Shown piece after piece: positions 52,027 to 64,000 of a DNA stretch of 64,000 nt (position 1 is the first letter of the stretch; the number at the start of each line of letters is the position of its first letter). The notes under the pieces are model-generated. The model was given only the letters and a program-made list of their open reading frames with translations, made no database searches and was not told where the DNA came from. Source of the stretch: Cenococcum geophilum (lineage: Eukaryota); NCBI GenBank assembly GCA_050273025.1, contig CP158636.1, forward strand, positions 8,432,001 through 8,496,000, in the 5' to 3' direction. A program made the translations under genes and the position numbers.

Positions 52027-52540
52027 AAGCTACACCTAGTTTAAAAAGTAGAGATTAAATATTAGACTATAAATTCTAAGCTATACCTAATTTAGAAGGC
52101 GGGGATTAGGTATTAGCATGCGAATTTTAAACTACGCCTAGTTTAGAGGGCGGAGATTAAGTATTAGCCTATAAACTCTAAGCCTTAGAGTTTTCTAAGA
52201 GTGGAAATTTAGTATTATAACTTAAATCCTAAGCCTTAGGATTCTCTAGAAGCGGAAATCTAATACTATATTATAAATTATAGATTTCCGGATTTCCTAC
52301 TACCTAGAAACTAGTGCTATACTATAGATCTTAAACTTTAGAATTTTTTTTAATTAGAGATCTAGTGCTATATTATAAATATTAAACCTTAAGCTTATTT
52401 AAAAGTTAAGACTTAGTGTTATACTATAAGCTCTAATACTTAAACTGCCCTAAGGATTTAGATTTAATACTACGCTATAAGCTTTAATATCCAGATTGCT
52501 TTAAGGGCTGAAACCTAATGCTGCGCTATAAGCTCTAATA
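52027..52540. repeat. Degenerate ~51-bp tandem repeat, RIP-mutated
   Basis: Units start at 52027, 52078, 52129, 52180 and 52231 (period 51), then diverge. Confidence 0.7.
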
Positions 52541-53800
52541 TCCGCCGCTTTAGCTACAGCCTATTTATACTTATATTACTACTAATATTAGTAAATAAAC
52601 GTCTCTACGTTTTTTTTAAGGTTATACTACTAGCTAGTACAGTACTAAAGGGGAGAATTAGCTAAAGAAACTGGCTTAGAGTATATAGGTGTTAAACGTT
52701 AAACTATTAAAATAACTAAGGTATAGTAGTATACGTAGTCTAGGACTAGTTTGCCTATAAGTTTTAAGTTAATATAGGCTAAGATATCTAAGACTTAGTT
52801 ATATCCCTTTATAAGCTAGATACTAATAATAGCTATAAGGGCTGTAATACTTTGGTTTATAACGGTTAATTAAGGCTAGTACTTCTAGTACCTTTAGACA
52901 TAGTAATACGCCTACTAGATTATAACGCAGCCTATAAAACACTACAGCTAGAGTATTACGTTTCTTCCTTATAAATAAAGTAGATAAGCGCGTCTACTTT
53001 ATTTCCTAAAAAGCTATAATTTTATTTAGGTAATATCTGCTTAAGGCCCTTATAGGTTAGTAGAGGTTAGATATAGAGCATATGGATTTAATTATTAAAT
53101 ATAATATAACTAGAAATTAGACTCTAAACTATATCCTAATATATTATTTTAAGCCATCCTTTAATCTATGTTTTAATACTTATAAATAGATCCTTTAGGT
53201 ACTTGTTTTTTATAATATTCCTAATATATAATATAATATTATTATACTTCTTATAAGCCTATAATAAATTATTATAATTAAAGTAATAACATTGGCCTCT
53301 AGATAACGGACTTGTCTCCTTATATAGCTTAAGTAGAATATTACGTAGATATTTAGTAGCTTTATTTATAAGCTTATATAATATATTTAGAAGTACCGCC
53401 CATTTCTCTATATTAGTCTTTACCCTTTTCTATTTTTTTATATACTTAATTGGCAGGGCTAATAATATTATATTTTTATTAAGTATTTAATCCTTTTTCT
53501 CCTAATCAGATACCTGCGAGATAATAATATTATTAATTATAATAAATAAAGCTAGATTGCTGGCGAAATCCGCTGCCCTATTCTTCTATATCGCTATTTT
53601 AGTAGTAGTAAAGTTATAACTAAGTTGGGTAGATAGAGGGGCTATAGGTTTTTAAGACTTTTACTTTAGCGGTATAATATCCGCAAGAGCGCCCTTATAC
53701 TAGTCTTTAATAAGAATAATTATGTATCTAGTAATACTATTGCATTAGGCGGCCTATCTAAATTACTATAGTATTATATTTAGGCTTTTATTAGGATAAT

Positions 53801-56577
53801 TGTTGGTTACACAAGGGGATATCACGTAGCTACGGTTCGTAGATAGTATGATGATTGTTGTTCTTATTCTTGATAATTCTAAGAAAGGGTGAGGAAGGGC
53901 GAGGAGCTTAAGGCTCCTCGCTACGCTAGTGCCGCGGCAACACGTGACTATATAACCATACGTAATATTATTCCCAACACTAGCAACTCTTCTTTTGTGG
54001 TTGCCATCTATATATAAATACCGCTTGACTAGCGTAACGGATATTAATCCTCCTTACTTACTATTGCTGTTGTAATATAAGTCTCGCTATCCCAAAATTT
54101 GCTAAAGAAATGGTGGTTGACTAAGTGGTAAATCTTAAATAAAAAAAACGAGCAATATAAGTGCAAGCCTATCTAGGCTAGCGGAATCGTTAACAGCCTT
54201 AATAGCCATCTTCTAGCAGTTCTTCTTTTGTGCTTATGGCGCTGTAAAAAGGCAGTAAGGTGTTAGTTTAGCTATAGGTAGAAGCAGCAAAAGTTTATTT
54301 AGGTAGTAGTACGGTACTAGCGGCGGTAGTGATAGTGGTTAGGCATAGAGCTTGTCTATTAGTCGGTCGGTTAATCGTAGGCGTATAGGCACGATTATTT
54401 GGTTGGTAGATCGCAGGCGTACAGGCACGATTATTTGGTTGGTAGATCGCAGGCGTATCAGCGCGATTAGTATCGTAATAGTAGGCATAGCGGCGCTATT
54501 AGTTTGTCGATGGTATATAGCAGTACAGTGCGGTACTTATAGTCGTTGTTATATGGTAGTGCGGTACCAGTGTAGGGTCAGTTCCATAGGCAGATCGGCA
54601 CGGAGTCTTATTATAGGGTTGGTTCGTAGGCGTTACGGATATCGTTACGGATATTGTGGATATTGCTATAGATATTACGGATATTTTGAATATTGCGGGT
54701 ATTGCAGATTGGATATTGCAAATGTTGCGGTGGAAATAGGTAGGCGCGTATAAGGTGTTACGGGGTATCCTATAACAGTAATATAGGTATAAGCCTTCTG
54801 GCAATTCTTCTTTTTGTAGGTTACTTCCGTAACTATACCGTTCTAACTACCTCCCCCTTATATCATTCTCTTTTTATAGTACCCTCCACAAGAACTTCCT
54901 ATCTGGATTACGTTGGTAGCTACCTCTATAGCTACCTTAGGAACCACAAAAGTTTTGGAATCTTTTACGCTAAATCTTCTAAAGCTTGTTAAATGTTTGT
55001 GGAGAAATGGATAACTGTTGCTGCTAATTAAAGATGCTGTTTGTAGGTCTAGGTTCTTACAAAGGTTCTTACGGAAATTACTGCGGAGGTTCTTGCGGAG
55101 GTTAATTCGGTTATAGCTTTAGCCTTAACCTTAATTGTAGTAGCGGCGATCCGTAAAGAAGGTAGTATATACTCTTTAACTGGGGTGTTCCTTCTCCCGT
55201 ATAACAATTAAGGGAGGCGGGAACTCCCTAGCAAGCTATAAACAACTTATTGTCTATGTAGATCTCTATAATTATAGCCACCTTCTTACTATATCTAGGT
55301 CCTTGCCTAGGTCCTTACTCCATACTAGGTATAGCTGGTTTAGGTAGTATATATATGTATAGCTGCTGCGGTTACTGCGGCTGCTATTACTATAGTAGTT
55401 GCGGAGGTTGCTGCGGAGGTCGCTGTAGAGGTTTTTACAGAAGTTGCTGCGGAGGTTGCTGCGGAGATTGCTTTGGAGCTTATTGCGGAGCTTAAGGCAT
55501 GGGTTAAGATACGGTAGCCTGAGGAACTTAAGGTGTTTAATAGCCTAAGGTTGTCTATAGTGTTGCTTATAGCTATCCGTTATTAGGATTCCCTTAAGAG
55601 TTAAACTTCTTTTAGTGCTTAATCTCTTATGGAGTCTATTTATGCTCTTCTTCTACGTTAAGGACTTGCTAAATATTATCTCTAATAATACCCCCGTTTA
55701 TAGGTACAAACACTTTATTCTCCTATAGGAAGTCTTAAAAATCCTAAATAATATAAATATTGCTAAGTGCCCAGGTGTCGGCAGTCCATCCAATAAAATC
55801 CTCCCTAAAATATTCCTATAGCTGTAAATCGGCGTAGTATCTACTTTGGTAAAATATAATACGGTGTAGGAGAAAGCCGTTAACTTATTTTGCGGTATAA
55901 GTTGTTATATTAATAGTAAATTCGTCCCAATTTTTATCGATAAGTTTCGCGTATATAGCTACCCCTAGTGGTAAGGAGTCTCTCCAGTTGTTTAGAATAG
56001 CCATAGTTATATCTTTAGAGGGAGGGAGATGTTATTAGTATAGGGATTATCGTTTGGTACGCGTTTATAACGTATATTTGTTATTTGGTACGCGTTTATA
56101 ATAAGAATCTACGATTATAGGGCTTAGGACTAGTTCTAGCCTTAAATCGCGAAGACTTATAAAGCGTGTTATTCTGCGTAATAGACGCAAGAATCTATAA
56201 TCTGGGAAAGGCTTAGGACCAGTTCTAGCCTTTTAGATCCTTAGATTCGTAGAAGAGTTCTATTTAAGGTTTAGGACCAGTTCTAACCTTAAAAGACAGC
56301 TTTCTCTAGCACAAGTAGCACTAGTATAGTAGCTCGTCTCTTCTTAGTAAAAGACCTAGCTGTTCTGTGGTATAACAGTGAAGTTAACCACTAATTAGTG
56401 TTGGTTACACAAGGGGATATCACGTAGCTACAGTTCGTAGATAGTATAATGATTGTTATTCTTATTCTTAATGATTCTAAGAAAGGGTGAGGAAGGGCGA
56501 GGAGCTTAAGGCTCCTCGCTACGCTAGTGCCGCGGCAATACGTGACTATATAACCATATGTGATATTATTCCCAACA
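53801..56577 (-). mobile_element. Non-autonomous Copia-derived LTR element (2777 bp, no pol)
   Basis: 179-bp LTRs 53801-53979 and 56399-56577; TSD ATAAT. Leader and gag start match the neighbouring Copia (55720-56398 vs 62060-62740). No RT or integrase motifs seen. Confidence 0.9.
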
Positions 56578-56881
56578 ATAATAACCATATATAATAAAAC
56601 GGATAATATCTAAAATATTTATATTATAGACTAGGGCGCCTACCGTAATAAGAATATAGGTAGGTAAGTCTTCTATATAGAAATTTTAATACTCCCTACT
56701 TTTATTATATTTAGATAATATCGCATAATAACTTTACACTACTATTTTAGCCTATTTAATAATATAGCCCTTAGTTATAAGCTATAAACGGATAATATTT
56801 ATATACCTATAGATATAATTTTTAGTATAAAGAAAGATAATTATCTTAGGATTTAATTTAGGATTTAAAACCTTTTATTTC

Positions 56882-59800
56882 TGTTAATTACATAAGGGGA
56901 TATCACGTAGCTACGGTTCGTAAATAGTATAATAATTGTTGTTCTTATTCTTAATTAATTCTTAAAGAAAGGGGTAAGGAACTTAAGGTTCCTTACCACG
57001 CTAGTGCCGCGGCGGCATGTGACGGCAACTTACTATACATGGTGGCAATATGCCTTATATAGTGACCACTTGCCTTTATTCCCAACACTAGCAACTTTTC
57101 TTTTATAGTTGCCATCTATATATATATACCGCTCGACTAGCGTAATAAATATTAATCCTTCTTACTTACTATTACCATTATAATATAAGTCTCGCTATCC
57201 TAAAATTTGCCTCTTAGTACGTGGTGCTTTCTTACTTAGGAGTTGCCGGTAGATATTATGTTTAGAGGGCCGCTAAGGCACTAGTAGTAAGCGAGCCAAT
57301 AGCGATTTTCTATCCCGGGGATGGAAAATCCTAATTAGCTAAATTAAGTTAGGCTCCCCCTCTAAAAAGTCTTAGCAAGAGAATCTAACTAATTAGATAA
57401 CTTTAACCGCCGGTTAAAGTTCCTAGACATCTTAAGACCTTATATAACTAAGAAATTTCTAGGGACTCTCTTTTAACCTAACCTTTAACTCGTATACATA
57501 GAGTATTTATATTAACGAACGTCTCTAGTGCCTTATTTAGGTTCGCCTTTGTTATTATATCTACTAGGTTATCTTAGCCATTAATTTATTAAATCTTAAA
57601 GAGTTTTTAACACTTATAAGATTACTAAAGTGCCATAATATTAATTATAAGGTGCTTTTCTTTTATAGTACTAAGCTTAACTAAACACTTATGGAGGGAA
57701 TATAAGTCGGTATATACGATTATAGATATAACGGGAAGTTTAAGTTAATCTATAATTATCTTTAGGGTAGTTCCAATTGTAATTACTATATTAACTCTGC
57801 TAACTATTCTATATATCTCTAACGCTAAAACACTTTGGGTAACGCGCTTGCTCTTAGTTAAGCTCTAATAAATAAGATTGCTATAAATTATAAAGTCATT
57901 CTCTCTAGTAAATTTATTCATAATAATAATCTTATATCCCAACTAGGAGCTAAAATCTTTATTATTTATAAATAATTTATTAACAAATATAAAGAGCTTA
58001 GCGGTAAGAAGATTAATAGGTACGTAGAGTAGTTCCTAATTAAGATAGTTTATTTGCTAGGAAAGACGTTTATTTAGGGCAAGAATATTATCCTTAGTTA
58101 GTTCCTGGTATTAGGTAGTAATAGAGAGATTAAATAAAGCCTTAGGTTAATAGATAAAAGTAATATAAGCTCCACAAGCGCGTTACTCTATATATCCTTA
58201 CTTTAGGGAATTAACGTTAATAACGTCGATCTTCTTACCTTAACCCTTCTGGCGTAAAGTAATAAAATCCTTATTTAGGGAGAGGATGCATCTATTAAAG
58301 AGTAATAGTGTTATTAAATTAAGCTTTTCTTTTAGCTTTGCTATAAAATTTGCCTTTACTAGCTTATCTTCTTTAAGAGCTAAAAATTAGTCGTCCCCTA
58401 AGATAATTATATCGTTAGTTTATATGCCAATAATTCTAAACAGAGTTCTTATAGTTATAATAAGGAAGCAGAGATCAAATATAGAAGTAGTTATTAAAAG
58501 CTTCTCTTTATAGTGCTTGCTATAGGTAGCCTACTAATAAGTTCTTACCTCTGCAATTCTATATAATAGCTTAAATATAACTATAATCGTATCTTTAGGA
58601 TACTAGTAGCAAATTTGCTCTAAAAGGTATGCTAATATTAAGCGCTAAAGGTGCGTCTCTAATTAGGTATAGGCTTAAGTAATATCTTATAAATAAACCG
58701 CCATTCTATTCTTTATTAAGGAGGGAGCTAATATAATAATAACTTACTAACTAGCTCGTTAAATTATAGAAGATTGCGTAAGAATTACCTCCTTACTATT
58801 ATTATTATAACCTTAGATAATAAGCCTTAATTTCTTAAATAGGGCGTTAGTAGCTTTACCTTTAATCTTATTAACCATTCTTAACTTAAAGATGCAAACT
58901 TTATTAAACTTAGTAGGGTTATACTTCTTAAATTTAAAGACTTCTCTTATAATAAGACCGTTGATCTCCTGCTTATTAGATACTTAGAAAGGAGCTCCTA
59001 GGGTTATAATACGACCTTCCTTTTAGAGCTATTTTGCGAGCTTAAAGTTAGCCTTCTCTTTAGCTGTTATAAAGGCCATTAATAACTTAACTCTATTCTT
59101 AATAGCGGCAATAAATTATTCTTTAAAATTAATAAGATATTAGCGATTTTATAATCCCTTTAGGCGACCTCTATCGCGTTATAGTTATAGCGCATCTACT
59201 ATAATTATATTAGGATTATAGTCATCTTCTAAAGTATATTAATCGTAGTTCTCTTCTAGGGCATCTTCTAGGGCATCCTATAAAGGCTTAAAATTATTAT
59301 CTTTATAATAAGGCTTAATAACAGTTAAACGGAATTAAGTAGGTCCGTAAGGCATCTAAATAGTATAAGTTTAACTATTAATTATAATAAGTTAATATGG
59401 GCCTAACCATCCTCCCTTTTTTATGCTATACGCGTACTTTAGACTAGAGTAGTAGATTAAGCGTAGTTAAGGTATTTAGGCCATTTCTTATTTCTAGTGC
59501 GTTATTAACCTAGCGTATAGCATAGAGATATTATACCTCCTTTATTGCCTTATAAATAGCCTCGGCTTATTATATAATAGAGGGAGATAGTAGAGAATTA
59601 TTAGTTATTTAAGGGTAGGCGCTAAAGACTAGCAATATAGGTATAAGTCTATTTAGGCCAGCGGAATTATTAATAGCTTTAATAGCTATTTATAAGGTAA
59701 GTTCTTCGCTAGCGTCCTTTAGTTTTAAAGAGATAATCTTATATACGCGGCGTAATAGCGTATAATATCGCTTTACTTTTCTAATACTATTATACGCCTT

Positions 59801-62800
59801 AACGGGGACTTCCTTAACCTTAATTACTATTACCTTTATCTATTATCGGAACTCTATAGATAAGAAGTTCTTTCCTACATTATAAACGATTTAATTAGGG
59901 GGTCTTAGGTAGATATTAATTTAGTATAACTAAAGAGTATTTTATGCGTTCCTAGCTAATATATCCTTTAAAAATTGTGCGGCTTAAAAGGAGGTTAAGA
60001 AGTTAATAACTTAGAGTACTAGCTTGCTACTAAGATATATAACGTTAATAATAATATAAAAGTTAAAGTTATAGTTATCTTTAAGGGTAAACTTAAATCG
60101 GCTAGGGGACTTCTAGTTTATTTAGTAGTAATAGTAATACTTTATAAGATGCTTAATTACCTTAACCTTAACTTTATAGCCTACTCACTAAAGAACCCTA
60201 AGTAATTAATAAACGGATAGGTAGCTAAAATAATAGTATAGTTGGCGTAATTCTAACTTAGTTAAGTAGCTCTAAGTAATACTCTTTTTTAGTTAATAAA
60301 GGAGTAACTAGGGGTAACCCTACTTATATACAACGGGTACCTAATTATCTCCCTAAATAAGTATATTCTTAAGGTTATTAAGCCTAACACCTAACTTATC
60401 TATATCTTTAATATAAAATAAAAATGGAGTATTTATAGGAATAATATAAAAACTAATATACCCTAAGGGGGTTTAAACCCTAATTATGCTAAGAGAGATT
60501 ATAGTACCTTTACTAAAATAAATCGTATGCTAGCCTGCCGTTAAATAGTTAATCTAAACAGAGCTATTAAGCTACTAAAGGGCTTAAACTTAAGGTTCTC
60601 CTACTATAGATACTCCTGCGGCTCTAGTATCCGGTATAATACCATAGAAGACGTTTGCTAAGTATTTATTATTAAAGGAAAACGCGGAGCTCTCCTTTAG
60701 CTTATTAAAGATATCTAACTTCGTAATAGAATAGAGTGTAGATTAGTTATTAAGGACAGCAACGGTTTATATGCTATTTACCTTACTATACTTAGTAAAA
60801 TATTAGTTAGAAAAGTAGTTTTTAATTTTTATATCTATAAGGAGCTGTTTAGTTTTATTAACCTTACCCTTAAGATCTTCTACGCCTTTATATTAAACTA
60901 GGAAGCTTTAAAAGTAGGCCATAGTAACCTTATAATTTTTAACATTTCTTATACTCTAACGGAACTTATTATATACCTCTTTTCGCTTATTAAGGGAGTG
61001 TCTAGTTAACTAGCAATTTAGCTTCTTATAAACGTAGTACTTTTTTTAGCAATTACTTTAAAATAAACCTCCGTAAGGACCTCTATAATTACCTTATAGT
61101 TAATATTAATCGTACCCTTTGCCATATTCCCTACTACGGCCGCTATATATTTAATTAGTCTAGTTATAATTATATTAGTTAGAAACGCTTAGTTAGGTAG
61201 GGCTTTCGGTATAAAGCTATTAAGATTCTTATATTTATATTGCAGTACCTATAGCGGAGCGTAGCTTAGTATATACTCCTTTAAATATATTTATAGGTTT
61301 ATATAGCGCTAAGTTATACTTAGGAACGCTATAGTATGCTAAGATAACCTAGTCCCTTAGGCTGTTCTTATTTTAGTAAGTTTTAGTAAGTCCACGTTAG
61401 ATTTTTTAGAGTTTATTAAAGAGTAGTTAAAGGCACTCTAAACAAGTCTTTATTAGGTTAGAAGTAATAACTCTCTAAAATATAGTCTCTTGCCATTCAG
61501 ACATATAAAGTTAGCGATTTTTATTAGTCTTAAAGTGGGCTCTAGTAAGCTAAAGTATTATATTAAAGCTATAGTTTTTACCCGTAATATAGTTATAATA
61601 GAATATTACTGCCTATCCCTTTAATATAATGGAGAAAGCGTAGTGGTACTAGTGGCATTAAATTCTAACCTTATTGCAATAGTTATAGAAGACCTATAGT
61701 TTTACTCTAAGTATATTATATAATTCTCCTCTAAACTTTTTTTCTTTATCTAAATATACCTTTATTAGATTCGTAACTTCTTATAGTAGAGGGTTACCGG
61801 TTAGCTAGAGTAGAAGAGCTAAAGGCGGTAAAGGTGGAGGACGAGTACCTCTAGGTGGGAAAGTACCTCTAGGTAGAAGAGTAGCGTTCTAGGGGTTTTA
61901 TTCTAAATTAAAGTTGCCTTCTAAAGAATATAGGTTAGTTTTAGGTTTCCGTAGTTAACGTATAATCTTAACTTCTGTCTATACTGGTTCTTCTATACTA
62001 GTAATAACGGCCTAAATATTACTAGTAATTAGGTTACCGTTCTTAGTAACGTATACCCTATTCCTATAGAGGAAGTCTTAAAAATCCTAAATAATATTAA
62101 TATTGCTAAGTGCCCAGGTATTAGCGGTCCATTTTATAAAATCCTCCCTAAAATATTCCCACAGCTATATATCGGCGTAGTATCTACTTTAGTAGAATAT
62201 AATACAGTATAGAAGAAAGCTATTAACTTATTTTACGGTATAAGTTATTATATTAAAGGTAAATTCGTCCTAATTTTTATTAATAAGTTTCGCGTATAAA
62301 GCTACCCCTAGTAGTAAGGAGTCTTCCTAGTCGTTTAAAGTAGGCGTAGCCATGTTTTTAGAGGGAGGGAAGTGTTATTGGCGTAGGGATTATTATTTAG
62401 TACGCGTTCGTAATATATATTTATTATTTAGTACGCGTTCGTGATATATATTTGCGATTATAGGGCTTAGGACTAGTTCTAGCCTTAAATTGCGAAGACT
62501 TATAAAGCGTGTTGTTCTGCGTAATAGACGCAAGAATCTATAATCTTAGAAAGGCTTAAGACCAGTTTTAGCCTTTAAATCCTTAGATTTGTAGAAGAGT
62601 TCTATTTAAAGTTTAGAACTAGTTCTAACCTTAAAAGACAGCTTCCTTTAGCACGAGTAGCACTGGTACAGTAGCTTATCTCTTCTTAGTGGAATACCTT
62701 ACTGTTTTATAATATAACAGTAAAGTTAACCACTAATTAGTGTTGGTTACATAAGGGGATATTACGTAGCTATGGTTCGTAGATAGTATAATAATTATTA

Positions 62801-62966
62801 TTCTTATTCTTAATTAATTCTTAAAGAAAGAGGTGAGGAACTTAAGGTTCCTTACCACGCTAGTGCCGCGGCGGCACGTGACGGCAACTTACCGTACGTA
62901 ATGGCAACTTGCTATACGTGGTGGTAATATGCCTTATATAGTGACCACTTGCCTTTATTCCTAACA
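56882..62966 (-). mobile_element. Full-length RIP-inactivated Ty1/Copia retrotransposon
   Basis: LTRs 56882-57087 and 62741-62966; TSD ATTTC; pol region colinear with the 13879-20139 element. Confidence 0.93.
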
Positions 62967-63807
62967 ATTTCTTTAGCTATATAGTACCTTTTACTAGATT
63001 TTAGATCTGCCCAACTAATTAATAAATAGAGGTAGCGGATATTTAACTAAAAAATATAGATATCCTGCTAGGCGCTATAGGCGTTTAGCTAGGTAATATA
63101 AATATTTTACTAAACCCTATAGATATCTAGTTAAGGGTTATAGATATATAATCCTCCTCTACTACCGCCTTCTTAAATACCTCTTTAATAACAAAGAATA
63201 GTGCTTTATAATTATTCTTATCCCTCCTCTTAATATAGCCCCTAATAATAGATAGGTTAGGCCAATTAATATTTATTCACTTAAGATCTGTTATACTCTA
63301 ATAAAACCTTACTAGCTTTATTACCTTTATATACATCTCCTTATTAAGTATTATAGTATATATAAACTACGGCACTATTAGACTAAGTAGTAACAGGGCT
63401 AAAAGCTTTTACCCTAGTTAGTAACTAAATAATACTTATTAATTATAATTAAGGAAATATATACGTAAAAAGTGGGCTAAGTAAGGATATAGTAGAACCG
63501 TTTACTTAATAGTAACTCTAGTAATACTAGAATATATATAAACCAACCCGCCTTAATATGTTTTAGAATATCCGTATATACTTTTATTACCTCCATATAT
63601 ATAAATATGGGATTTACTTTTAGGATAGCCTATATTTTTAATAGCTACTCCTCTCTAATTACGTTTAAAGGTAATATAATAATAGTAATAAAAGCTTAAA
63701 TTAGTAATAAAATTGCCTATATTATTATGCTCTTACCCTATAATATTTTCGCCACTAGAAATAAGTCCCACCGCCTATATATTACCCGTCTTAATACCTT
63801 AATTTAA

Positions 63808-64000
63808 TGTCACGGAACCCCACCGCAGGGGCCTCCATAGGAGAGCCCCGTGCTCTCGCGTACACCTCACGTACAGCTTATATCAGCTACGCGTAGGTAT
63901 ATCACCTCCTTACGCCCTCGACCCTTACGATCGATTGCGCAACGTCTTATAGACTCCTTAAATACATACGCTCTATAGCCACTGCCTCCGTTTTATAACA
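63808..64000. repeat. Probable LTR at the window end
   Basis: Starts TGTCAC; window ends ATAACA (GTGACA after G->A); GC-richer than its flank; TSD cannot be checked. Confidence 0.5.

Noticed and set aside
54352..54804. ORFs inside the pol-less LTR element as host genes
   Set aside because: Low-complexity repeats with non-ATG starts inside a TSD-bounded element.

Overview
Eukaryotic (filamentous ascomycete-type) genomic window with short GT-AG introns and CTAAC/CTGAC branch sites. An intact, GC-balanced gene island (~26.3-48.3 kb) is flanked by two AT-rich, TpA-rich transposon blocks whose CpA->TpA / TpG->TpA mutation pattern matches Repeat-Induced Point mutation (RIP). The left block (1-26.2 kb) is a nested stack: Ty3/Gypsy elements, a Ty1/Copia inserted 1 bp from the end of a Gypsy LTR, solo LTRs, a TA-flanked MITE and a non-autonomous hAT element carrying a ~950-bp 12-mer minisatellite. 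The right block (48.3-64 kb) has Gypsy remnants, a second MITE, a pol-less Copia derivative and a full-length Copia. Recognisable genes are a uric acid-xanthine permease (UapA/UapC type), the delta-9 desaturase OLE1, TDP1 and a three-exon acyl-CoA-binding protein missed by the ORF track. There are also hypothetical genes: a coiled-coil protein, a protein with a HEPN-like RxxxxH motif and a HeLo-like-N/ankyrin-like protein. All calls come from manual reading; no searches were run.
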